DNA of 64,000 bases. It comes from Heterodontus francisci. Lineage: Eukaryota. The position numbers and the translations under genes are program-made. Each line of letters starts with the position of its first letter. Within the stretch, counting starts at the first letter, position 1. The stretch covers positions 81,812,024 to 81,876,023 of the forward strand of contig NC_090377.1 of assembly GCF_036365525.1 (NCBI RefSeq), given 5' to 3'. This document shows, piece after piece, positions 49,959 to 61,900 of this stretch. The notes beneath the pieces were generated by a model. The model was given only the letters and a program-made list of their open reading frames with translations, was not told the origin of the DNA and did not search any database.

Positions 49959-50694
49959 CTCTCACGTATGCTCTCTCAATCCCATCTTTCTTTGCCTCTG
50001 TTTACTTTTTTCTTTGTACCTGATTTGACAGAGTTAAATATTCTGACACTTCCTGGTTCAGACTTGGTTCTGCTCTTTACAGTTCTTCAGTGTGATTGGT
50101 TAAGGAGAGACATGTTGCTTGCCCTTTTTACACAGGTCTCGGGTGCCTTGTAGATGGCGCTGAACTTTTTGGTAGTTGTCTGACAGGAACCTACAGTGCA
50201 AAACACTATACAAAGTGTAATCAACAGCTCTTGCCAGAGTTGCACCACAGACCCTAAAATCTGACCCTAAATCTTGAAAGTAAAGCACTTACTTTCCCCC
50301 GCCATTTTTTTTAAAAAGAACACTCTAGACAAAATACAGTTAGTGCTGGCCTATAAAAATTGCACGCTTAAAGTAAATTTCTGTGCCTGTTGCTTGGAGA
50401 TAGTTTGAAAAACTAATGTTCTAAAAATGAAATTTGTTGTATTCAAAATAAAAATCTACATTCTCAACTTAGATGTGTAGCTGTTGGTCAAATATGACAT
50501 GCCTTTACTCGAGAACCAATTTACTCCCTTGCTCCATCGATTTCTAATACTCGTGTTTGCATATTTCCCAGCCAAGAAATACTTAATGGCAGCATTAGAT
50601 TTTTTGTTTTAAAACACATGTGAACAGGATAAATAGCTGATTGTTCTAATTGGTAGTAAGAAAATTTCAGTGTTTAAATTCAGTCATGTAGCAT

Positions 50695-51300
50695 TGACTG
50701 AAATTTAACGTGCCCGCCTCTCTTTTTTCCCCGTGCCCCCCCTTCCCGGGGAGTGGGCTAGGAGGTAGGGATTAACATCAAATGGGAGATGGGTTTGCTA
50801 TGCCTGAACGCCCTGCTGCTCTTTCACCAGCAGCGGAGGAGGTAGGAGGTGGCTGGTGGCCGGCTTGCCGTTAGGCCAATTGAGGCCCTTAAGTGGCCAA
50901 TTAATTGCCTCTTGAGGGACTCTTTTCTCCACCACCACCACCCCACCCGCCGCTTGAAGGCACTTCAGCACCTGAGGAGGCACCTAGTAATGGGGAGGGT
51001 ATTGGGGGAGGCGCTGAATGCCCCATGGAGGCCCCCCAGCAGCACAGACCGCCCCAGCTGAAACAACCTCCCTTTCCCTCACCTATACTCCACCGCCCAC
51101 GCACACCACTTGGGCTGAGCCAATTGACCCAGCACGACCCCCACTTGCCTTTTTGGAGGCTCATGTCCATGGTCCCCCTCTTGCTGGGTGTAGTCCCAGC
51201 AGTGGCCACCGCTCATGGTGGCGCTGCTGGGGCAGCTCTTGGAGGTGGGACTTGCTGCCTCAGAAGTAGAAGCCTCGACTCAAGCCAGTTAAGGGCCTGA
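50695..51300 (+). repeat. GC-rich interspersed repeat with palindromes (same family as 12690-13200)
   Basis: ggcccttaagtggccaattaattg and gtcccagcagtggccacc...ggtggcgctgctggg. Confidence 0.6.
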
Positions 51301-51550
51301 GCCATACTGTCAACTAACCATTAACTAGCTTAATATTCTCAAGATGACAAGTTAATTTTGATTTGTGTGTGTGTGCGCATCTCAACATTACTGTCAAAAT
51401 GTGTTTGACATTGCTATGTGGACACTTGCCACCAGCTGACTGAAGGGATGTTTGCTTTTCGCTTTACTAAAAATATTTTGAGTTTTTTTTCTCTTGGAAA
51501 TCTGGATGATAGCCAGCAGTGACAGTGCGGTATTAGAAACTGTCAACCAT

Positions 51551-51614
51551 GTTCTGAGATCTGATTATTTTCCATGCTAGTTCTGTGATCTGATCACTAT
51601 TTTCCATGCTAGTT
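51551..51614. repeat. Two-copy tandem duplication (about 30 bp)
   Basis: gttctgagatctgat..tattttccatgcta occurs twice. Confidence 0.8.
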
Positions 51615-52849
51615 ATGAGAAGGATATTTGTACAGTTGTAATTGATCTAATCAACACAATTGCTAATAAAAATTGTCAAACTATTGAGCTGATGCAATGA
51701 AAGTACTAGCAAATACCTATTCATTAACAATCATAAAGTAAAACACTTGAATAATGGTAGTATCCTAATAGCAATTTGATTACTTCTGGTCAAAATAGTA
51801 TCATGTCATAAGTAGAGTTCTTCTATTTTGTTTTGTTCCCAATTGACATTCATTTACCTTCACTGCAAAAACAGCGATGTGCCTCAAAGGAGCAGGGTTT
51901 GGGCATTATGTGGAAATAAAAGTTTCTGTTTCATGAAAATATCCTTCAAAAACCAAAAAGAATAGTTCTGTTTTACTGCAGCCTAAAAAGGGCTTTTTCT
52001 AATGAGTATTTGAAAAAGGTTTATAATAACCAATGCAGGGCTTCAAAAATGAAATCACTAATTTACAAGGCAATGAATGCACAAACATCTCTTGAGTGAA
52101 TTGATATTACTAGAATTGAGATGGATTTCTTTACCTTAATGTAATATGTCTATTCTGATAACTTGATGTTTTAAATGTCACAATTCTGATTGTCATTACT
52201 GAATGTTCTGAAGATAAATAATCAAACGTTCATCAAAATTGTTCTATAATATTTCATATGCCTTTTTTTGGAGATTCTTATATTTAGCATTTTGGTTATA
52301 TCTTACATTGCAAAGGGAAATGTAGCTAATAGATATTTTTAGAATCCTAACTTCACAGGTGTTGTAGAAATACTATTCTTGTTGTACTTTTTAATAGTAT
52401 GAATGAAGTCTACCCTTTACTATTCTATTTTAATTTGAGATTTTTCAGTCATGATTTTTATTTAGAAGGGTTCTTCATTTAAAAGCTGTTGGCAGTGCAT
52501 CAGGAGTAAATCTGAGGCTCGATATTAAACAGAATCATAAACAAGCATACTTTATAGTCTTTCTCAGTAACTATGGTCACCCTGAAATTGCAAGAGTGGT
52601 TGTAAACTGCATCGTAAACAGAGTGTAAAAGTTGGGGATTTGATGAGAGTGGGAATTCTCTGGTAAGTAGTGGGTGAACAGTTCTCATTTACCATTTTGA
52701 ATTTAACTTAGAACTTTATAAACTGTAAAAGGCTTTAATTTTTTTTTAATCTCGTAGTGTTTCATGTAAGTTTCAGGCAGCAAGTGTCTATTTTTGTCCA
52801 GAGTTTGTGTTAAATGCTGGTGTGTGGGAAAAGAGAAAGAAAATTGCAA

Positions 52850-55800
52850 CAAACTTTAAAAAGTAGTTATAAGTATAAATAATGTAGACTAAAATATGGC
52901 AGAGCAGGTATCGTGTCTGGTCTGCAGTATATAGGAATTTGTGGGTGGCGAAACTGTCAGTGAACACCTCTACAACGGACATCTCCATCTCTAATCTTTT
53001 TGGTCCAGATTCATTGAGCTGGACTGCGAGTTGAAAAGTCACTGATGCATAAGGGAGGCAGTGAGGTATCTGCACAGTTTGCTCCAGATCTTGGGCACAT
53101 CTCATTGAGAGGTGCAGGATCGGAATGGAGTTGGTGTGACCGATTAGTATAGAGAGTAAGGGGAACCCCAGGGCAGATAGAGAACGAGGATCTAAAACTG
53201 ATCCTATCCAACAGGTACAAAGACTGTCGGAAGGATTGATGGAATATTGACCCTGGTGCACCGTGGAGGGTGAGTTGTGAGGGTGGGGCAGAAGTTGGGG
53301 AGGAAGCATAATGTGGTAGTTGTAGGGGATTCAATGATTAGGGAGACATAGCACCCTTTGTAAGCAGGATCAGGAGTTCTACATGGTATGGTGTTTACCT
53401 GGTGCCAGGTGAATGAGATCTTGAACTGGCTTTAAAGAATATTGGAGAGGGAGGAGTAGGATCCAGTTGTTATAGTCCGTTGCTGGGACCAATAACATAG
53501 GGAAGAATAAGCAAAAGGACCTGTTTGCAGAGTAACAGGAACAAGAAGATAAATTATAGAACAGGACCTCGAGGCTTATATTCTATGGAGTATTACCCAA
53601 GCCACATACAAATTGATGTAGGGATAAGCTAATTAGGGAGGTGAACATGAACATATGGTTAAAGGAGTGGTGTGGGAAAGAGATGTCCCATTTCAGTCCT
53701 AGTTAACAGCCAAACAGTACAGGGACAGGAAGGAACTGTATCATTGAGAGGGCCCCACCTGAACCAGCTGACTACAGGGTCCAAACAGTTTTAAATAGGG
53801 CACTCACAAGGACTAACTAGTAAATGGGTGTCAGGGGAGGGGGTGGAGTGTTCTCTGGTAGAAACACTACTGTAAATGGTTCCAAAGCAAATGAAAGGGA
53901 AGAGAGTAGAGTTAAGGTCAGAAATTGTTTTTTTAATGCACTACAGAGCAGGACAGGTGAGGGTGTGAAGCCCAAATAAACATTTTTTATACACGCACAG
54001 TGTTTAAGAAACAAATTGAATAAATTACAGGTAAGATTCAATTTAGAGGGTATGGTGTTGTAGCCTTTCCTGAGGCATGATTGCAAGACAGTCAAACTGG
54101 GAACTTAATATACCAGGTTATAAGGTCAACAGCATAGATGTGGGAAATGGTAGAGGGGGAGAAGTAGCCTTAGTGATTAAGGATGAAATTACTTCAATAA
54201 TAGGATAATAATAATGAGGAAGTCAGGCAGTGGAACCTTTATAGGTAGCGTTAAGAAATAGATAAGGATTTACGTCTAGTGGGAGTTGTATGTGGACCTC
54301 CTGGTGGCAGCTGTGAAGTGGCAGGTTGTATAAATGTGAATATTAGACAAGCATGTAGTAAAGGTAGTATGTTTTAAATGGGGGATTTTAACTTTGATAT
54401 AGAGTGGGATAAGCAGACTAGCACGTCAAAGTGAATTTCTTGAATGTGTCCAGGATAATTTTTTGCAGCAATATGTCCTAATAATGAGTAACGAACCAGG
54501 TTTAGAACACAGGAACTCACAAGAAATAGGAGCAGTGATGGACCATATGGCCCGTCGAGCCTGCTCTGCCATTTCATACGGTCATGGCAGATCGTAGGCT
54601 TCATTTCCAGTTTCCCACCTGCTTTCCATGTCCCTTGATTCCCTGAGATAGCAAAAATCTGTCTATCCCAGTCTTAAATATATTCAGCGATGAAGCATCC
54701 ACAACCCTCTGGGTAGAGAATTCCAAAGGTTCACAACCCTTTGAGTGAAGTAATTTCTCCTCATCTCAGTCCTAGTTAAAAGCCTAACAGTGCATGAGCT
54801 TTTATCAAATGTGATCATATGATCAAATTCAAACTAGCATTTGAAAGGTAGAAACAGCTACTATGATTCTAGATTTAGTTAAGGCTACCTTTAATGGGAT
54901 GATACAGAGACTGACCATAGTGAAGTGAGAAAATGTGTTTGTGAGCAAAACAATAGAAGATTAACTTGATACCGTACCAGTTTATACCCCTGAGGAACAA
55001 GAGCTCTACTTGCCAAAAAAACATCCATGGAGAACTGAAGAGATAAGAGACAATGTAAAAACTTGAAAAAAAAGCATACAAAATGCAAAAAACTCAAGCT
55101 GGTGAATGGGAGAGATACAAAGAACGGCAAAGGGTAACAAAATAAATAGTAAGAACTACAACAAGGAATATGAAAATAAACTTGCAAGGGATTTCAAAAT
55201 CAGCAGAATTTTTACAATTATAGGAAAAAGAGGGAAATGGCGGTCATGTTGAATAATTACTTTGAGTCAGTATTTACAGGAGAGGGAGAGCATACCAGCC
55301 ATACCAAGGAAGCTAATATTGAATCAAGGGCAGACTCACCAAAATTGACATAAGCAAAATAACACTGAAGAAAATAATGACACTAAGGAGAAGCAAATCC
55401 CCAAGACCAGATGATTTCCATCCTAGGGTTTTAAAGGAAGTTGGTGAGAACATTGCAGATACCCCAACTAAAATCAAGAGAACTTTGGAAGTTTATGAAT
55501 CATTCCTTTAGATTGTGCATGCCACTTCGCTATTCAAGAAAGGTGAGAGGGCAAAACTCGGGAATTATAGACCAGTTAGCCTAACATCTGTTGTCAGGAA
55601 ATTTCTAGAGTCTATAATTAAGGGTAGGGTGACTGAATGCCTTGAAAATTTCCAGCTGATCAGAGAGAGCCAGCACGGATTTGTAAAGGGTAGGTTATGG
55701 CTGATGAACCTGCTGGAATTTTTTGGAGAGGTGACTAAAGTAGTGTAATTTATAGAGACTTCCAGAAGGAATTTGATATATTTCCCTCATAAGAGATAGT

Positions 55801-56830
55801 TAGCTAAAGTTGAAGTGTGTGGAATTGAAGGTAAATTATGGATCAGGTTAGGAAATTGGCTGAGTGGCAGGAGACTGAGTGTAAGGATAATGGGCAGGAC
55901 TCTAATTGACAAGATGTGACTTGTGGCGTACTACAGAAATCTGTGTTGGGGTCTCAACTATTCACTTCATTAACAACTTTGGATTGGATAGAAAGCCAAA
56001 TTTGCTGTTGACACAAAGCTAAATGGCATTGTAAGCAGTTTAGATGAATGCATAAAATTAGAGATAGTGATAGATTAAGTGAATAGGCAAAATTGTGACA
56101 AATGGATTTCAGTGTAGGCAAATGTGAAGTCATCCACTTGGGATGTAAAAAGGATCAAACAGCATACTTTCTAAATGGTGAAAAGTCAGAAGCAATTGAA
56201 GTCCAAAGCGACTTGGGGGTTTAGATGTATAGACCATTAAAATGTCATGAACAGGTACAGAAAATAATGAAAAGGCTAATGGAATGCTGGCCTTTTATAT
56301 GTAGCAGACAAGAAAACAAGGGGGTAGAGGTTATGTTACAGCTATACAAAACCTTGGTTAGACCAGTACTCAGAAATTCAGGGTAACCACATCTTAATAA
56401 AGCATATATTGGTTTTAGAGGGAGTATGATGCCTGAACTCAGAGTTAAATTACAAGGGGTAATTACACAAATTAGGGCTGTATTCCCTGGAATTAAGAAG
56501 GTTAAGGGATGATATGATGGAAGAGAGAAACTATTTCCTCTGGTTGAGGATTCTAGGATTAGGGGTCATTGTCCAAAAATTAGAGCCAGACCTTTCAGGA
56601 GTGAAATTAGGAAACCCTTCACACAAAGGGTGGTAGAAGTTTGGAAATCTCTTCCATAAATGGTACTTGATGCCTGATCAGTTTTCAATTTTAAATCTGA
56701 GATTGATCGATTTTGGTTAACCAAAGGTATCAAGGGATATGGAGCAAAGGTTAGGTTACAGATCAGCCATGGTCGCATTGAATGGTGGAGCAGGCTTGAG
56801 GGGCTAAATGGGCTTCTATTGTTCCAATGT
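52850..56830 (+). mobile_element. Old near full-length CR1 (ORF1 zinc-finger/esterase, ORF2, 3'UTR), heavily decayed
   Basis: MAEQVSCLVCS; VVVVGDS; CLPGA; MGDFNF; LGNYRPVSLTSVV (ORF 55515..55748); CR1-type 3' end near 56800. Confidence 0.85.
54503..54774 (-). mobile_element. CR1 3' tail fragment nested in the CR1 above
   Basis: Highly similar to 24090-24312. Confidence 0.8.
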
Positions 56831-58620
56831 CACAAAGGAATGTTTAATGGTTAATGTCTTTGTCTGAAATTCTTCTGCTTAGCAGAAGCAATAAGTCTGC
56901 TAACAATAGGGAGGAGAGGAATTTCAGTATATCGCACAGCATAATGTAAGGCTATAATTTCAAGGTTTTTCACAAAGGTGTAATAAAACAAATGGGCACC
57001 AAGCCAAATGAGGAAATATTTGGAGTGCTAAGCTTGTCCAACAAGTTGTGTTTTAATAAGGCTCTTAAAGGAGAAAAAGGAGCTGGAGGGTCGGCAGGGT
57101 TTAGGGATGCAATTCCAGGGTGTGGTGTCAAGGCTACAGAAGGTATGGCTGCCAACAGTGGAGCAAAGAGGGGAGGGATGCAGAGGCATCGTGGGTGAGA
57201 GAAATTGAGAGCTTGGGTGGGTTGGGAGGATGATTGTAGGGTGAGAGGAATGAGGCTATGAAAGGATTTAAATGAAGATAGAAGTTTTAAATTTGAAGCT
57301 TTTGGAGTTGAGAAAAATGTAAGTCAACAAGGACAGGAATGGTAGTTGAGTGTGATTTGATGTAGGATAGGAAACGTGTCTTCCTACTTTTTGATGAGTT
57401 GAAATTTATGAAGGGTGGAAGAGGAGAGGCCAGCCAGGAGAACCTTGGAATAGTTGAATTTGGAGGTGAGAAAGGCATGGATATGTGTTCCAGAAACGGA
57501 TGGATTGAGGGAGGAGCAGAGACAGGTGATGTTACATGAGTGGATGTAGGCACTCTGATGAAGAGGGTGTGGGTTTGGAAGCTTGACTCAAGGTTGAGGT
57601 TGTGAACAGATTAATTCAACCTGAGACAGTGGCTGGAGAGAGGTTTCAATCGGCATTTTTGTAGGTGCTACGCAGTCACAGAAGGATCAGAAATGAGGTC
57701 TGAGATGTGCGAGCACATTTCAGATGGGAAGTGCACAGGCCTCCATCTAGGTAAAGGAGTTTGTGTGCGTCTAATGACTGCTGGCAACATGTAGAGTAGC
57801 AAAATTATGTTGTAAATCAGTGTGTAAAACTGATTTGATGCCAGTGTCGCCATTTTCCAACTCCCATGTTTCAGCTAATGCCCTATTTTAACCCAGCACA
57901 GTTGAACATGACATTGATTGGAATTAGGACCAGCTCTAGTTAAATGAATCATAAACTACTTACGGATAGTTGCTGGATTATGTCTTGCTGGTGCAGTTCT
58001 GTGTTTTTAGAGCTCTCCTATACTGGGCTAAAGTTTGAATACTCTGCAGGGAGGGATCTGGTTGAATTGACGTAATATTTGGTCATTTAAAGGCGTGTGC
58101 TGAAACAGGTTGTTTCTTGCTGGGCTTCCTCAGGAAGTTGAACTTGACTGGAAGAATGAAGAGAGGTCACACAGAGCAGGACAAGCTGTCAGAAGAGGGA
58201 AGACGAAGAATAGGGGAGCGATACCGAGGGTCTTCAAGGACGAATTTTCTTTCCCCCACTTCAGTGAGAACCAGCACGAGACGTCTTCATTTCACAAGAG
58301 GTTGTGACTGAAATCTGCCAACTGTTGCTGTCACATTTTCAGCCTCAAAGCAGGGCAAGGACAGCATTGCCTGCAGCTGTCAAGGTGACCTGGCTCTTAG
58401 GTTTATGCATCTAGCTCCTTCTAGGCTGCTAGTGGAGATGTATGCAATATCTTGCAGTTTGCAATACACTGATGCATAAGGGAGGCCATTGAGTCTCTGC
58501 ATGCACACACAAACGCTTTTGTTTTATTCCCTCTTGCCAGAGACCAGCAGATGGAGGGAGCACAGGGAAGTACATGGATTGCAAGCTTCCCCATAGTGCA
58601 GGGTGCCATTGACTGGAAGT

Positions 58621-58917
58621 ACAAATACACGAATAGGATGGGAATAGAGGGATACGGTCCCCGGAAGTGCAGAAGGTTTTAGTTTAGACAGGCATCAAGA
58701 TTGGCATCCAGTTCCGAAGAAGGGTCACTGACCCGAAACGTTAACTCTGCTTCTCTTTCCACAGATGCTGCCAGACCTGCTGAGTGATTCCAGCATTTCT
58801 TGTTTTTGTTTCAGATTTCCAGCATCCGCAGTATTTTGCTTTTATTTATCAAGATTGGCGCAGGCTTGGAGGGCCGAATGGCCTGTTCCTGTGCTGTACT
58901 GTTCTTCTCTTTGTTCT
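58621..58917 (+). mobile_element. CR1 3' tail inserted next to the first catalytic Asp (GAID) of the Harbinger transposase
   Basis: Near-identical to 32607-32748 once the PLE mini-insert is removed. Confidence 0.88.
58706..58847 (+). mobile_element. 142-bp Penelope pLTR-end insertion beginning with a hammerhead motif; 12-bp TSD
   Basis: atcaagattggc at 58694-58705 and 58848-58859; insert matches 28080-28179 plus the tail seen reversed at 24655-24690. Confidence 0.9.
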
Positions 58918-61900
58918 ACATTATCTTGTGTGAACTTGGCTATTTTCGTGAACTGAAAGAGATCTCACTCCCTCAATCTGCAGCTGGTGTGTGATCGCAA
59001 GCTGTGCGTCCTGCAAGTGCACAGCCGTTAACCTGCAGCAGTCATAATTCCTTCATTCTACTAGAGTCCTCTGTTTCACCTAATATTTGATGCACCATGA
59101 CAATTCAGGCTGGCTACTGGCCGCCAAGGATTATCGCTTTATGACGTGGCTTGCAGCTTATGGCTCTAGTCTGGAACCCATGCACACGTGCACAGCAGGC
59201 CTCCAGTGAAAGCCCTTCTGCCACGAGGAACATTACAGAACACACCATCAGCGTCCACTGACACTGTCTCCACTGCCTGGACTGCTCTGGGGGAGCCCTT
59301 TAGCAATTAGCTAAATAGGTGCCTAAATCGTGGTCGTAGAATGCACAATCTGGCTATAATAAGGGAACAGCCATTGCTTCCGCCTAGTATGAGAGGGAGA
59401 AAATGGAGTAGGAAAAAGAAGTACTACAAGAAGCGGAGGAAGCAATGTAGATGTGGGCTCCAAACTCTCTGATCAAATAAGTCATGAGCGATGCCACGAA
59501 CATCATCCACACCTCCCCAGTTGTCAACGGCCCACACTCCTTACCTTTCCTCTATCACTGACTACACCTCTTTCCAACAATACAAAAATGGAAAAAAACC
59601 TATTCCCATTCCACAATTGCACTCATTACATATTACCCAGTGGCTGCAACATGTGTGGTCGAAAGCTGCTGTCCGGCAGTTGAGGAGATGGCAATGCCTT
59701 GGAGGATGACCTCAAACAGCTGTGGGTCGAGAGATCCCTGCATAAGACTGCATCATCTCAGCCTGGGTTGTCTGGATGACCGGCAGCAGCAAGAAATCTG
59801 GTGGAAGGTTGGGAGCAGGAATGCTGTCACCATGAGAGAGGGCTGCAGGTTCATGTCCCAGGGTGGCATATCTCAAATCCTGCTGATCTGTTGGAGAGCA
59901 GATTGATGGACTGCTGTGATGCTGCTTTGAACAGTGCTTTCCGGAGCCACAATGGCAGCAGTCTGAGCATTTGTGCAGCTGCGACATCAACCATCAGACT
60001 CTGCATAATGTTGGGTTTCACAGGTGTGCTGAGGGAGGTAACTACCCATTCCATGTTGATTAGGATGGATTTCAAGCTCTCTGCAAACCTACTGTGCCAA
60101 GTTGATGTTGGACTCCTCCATGCTCTGTGATGTTGTGTGCAGGCTTTCTAGCGTACCAAGCATTTGGTTGTGTGCTTCCATCAATCTCTTTCTGTAAACT
60201 GGCCCATCAAAGTCCTCATCTGACTGCATTGCAACAAAACTAACATGCCCTTGGCAAGTTGGCACCTGCACTGTCCTTTCCCCTGCCCTGGCTCCTGTAC
60301 ACTTATGCCTGGTGTCTCACCTGGTGCAAATCTGTCCTTTGAGCCTCTAACAAACACACACTGTCGGTCTCTAAGTTGGTGGCTGTAGTTGTAGGTCCGA
60401 GTGACAGTGTCTCCTCTTCTTCACTGTCGTCTTCATCTGACTCAGAGATTTCCAATTCTTAGATATATGAAAGGCGAGGGGAGAGGAGAAAGTAAGAAGT
60501 GTGTGCTTACAACATCTGCAGTTTGAGAGTCAGAAGAGCTTGTGCGATAAGGGAGAAGTTGGAAGAGAGCAGGATGATTAGGTATGCAATTACTGTCATC
60601 ATTGGACCCTCCAGCCCCTCCAATGGCCAATGTCTCAGCGGTGCTCTTTCCCAAGGTGGCCAGCAATATCTCCTCCACGGTAGTTAAAACATGCAGCATG
60701 CTTGTTGTCCTTCAGTTCTTTCCTGCTGCCTCCCTTTTATGTGCTACCTTCTGCAAGAAATAGAGAAGTGTGTCAGTGAGTGTTCTGCAATATGCTGCGG
60801 TGATGTGTCTGTCGTATTTGAATAGCTGGCAGTGTGTTTGAGCTGTGAATTATAGGTGCTAGGCTTGCACCATTGCCAAGTGTCTGAGTGAGGTAAAGCA
60901 TATGAATTGTGAAGGATTGTGTACTTGTGTTGAGAGAGTTTATTGGCGGATGGGTAAAGCGGATGTAGAGAATTAAACAGTAAATGAAGCCAGTAATGCA
61001 GTTGTAGATATGCCATTTGAAAATTGAACTTATTCACCTTGACATCTCATTTCAGATTGATAAACTCCATCATTTCTTGCAACCACAATACAATGCTCCT
61101 CCCTTTTAAGAGGTGCAGGCCACCTTTTAAGTAGCATTAGTTGCTCACGATATTAAGCCCGCTGTTGATCTGTGCAGACAGTTGATCGCACGTGTAGTGC
61201 TGGCTGCATGCAGCAATAATTTAAGACAGCAAACAACATGAATATACTACCTGCTCACAGTGCAAGGGCGTGGGTTGATTGCATCTCGCAATCCCCATTA
61301 TTTTTGGGGGCTATCGAATTTAACCCCCTGAACTTGACACTTTGCCATGTTTAACTATAGGAAGTTGTGGCTATATCAAGACCAGATGTTGGATAAGCAG
61401 TCTGACAACACAAAAAGTTGGTAAAGGGAGTGTTGAAGGAGGTGATAGTGAGATGATAACAGCGGTTTTGAAAGGGAAATGAGACACAACCGGAGGAGAG
61501 AGTGAATCATTTATAAGATCTTTTGGCATGGACCATGGAAGGGAAGTTGCATGGCCAACTGTTTACAGGAAATGGGATTAAAGAAGTAGCAGGTGAGTCT
61601 CAAGATTAAGTCAGAGTTCAAGAAGGGAGGTAACAAGAGAAATATGAAAGACATGGGTTCAAGGATGAACATATGGGAGGTTTGGTTTGGGGAAGCAGCT
61701 GAAGTAGCTAAACGGATGGTATATTCCTGACAGAAGTTCTTAAACTCCAAACACCTCTTTGAGATGGAATATAAGGAGATGGTTAATAGTGGAGATTAGA
61801 AGCACAGGGTTAGTTTTGCTTTCTGGCATTATCTTGAAATAGAGGGTCATTTGGCAGATGACATTGAGGCCAGATGACTTTTGATGCAGTCCAGTCAGAC

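Larger units (their letters stand above)
45304..50267 (-). mobile_element. Non-autonomous Harbinger-like TIR element hosting three LINE insertions
   Basis: TIRs gggccagatttt and aaaatctgaccc; 49975-50140 is the reverse-complement homologue of 41275-41430. Confidence 0.55.
58190..59400 (+). pseudogene. Harbinger (HARBI1-like) DDE transposase, disrupted
   Basis: RVFKDEFSF, RRLHFTR, TALPAAVKVT, FPIVQGAID, HSLNLQLVCD, GWLLAAKDY, ATRNITEHTI, CLDCSGGAL, HNLAIIREQPL occur in the expected order. Confidence 0.82.
57640..61328 (+). mobile_element. Decayed autonomous-type PIF/Harbinger DNA transposon
   Basis: DDE transposase remnants on the plus strand, a probable convergent second gene on the minus strand, and a right TIR-like end gaatttaacccc; left end approximate. 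Confidence 0.75.

Noticed and set aside
58190-59400. Possible host HARBI1 gene
   Set aside because: Many stops and frameshifts, a retroelement insertion beside the catalytic motif, and it lies inside an L2; it is a dead transposon
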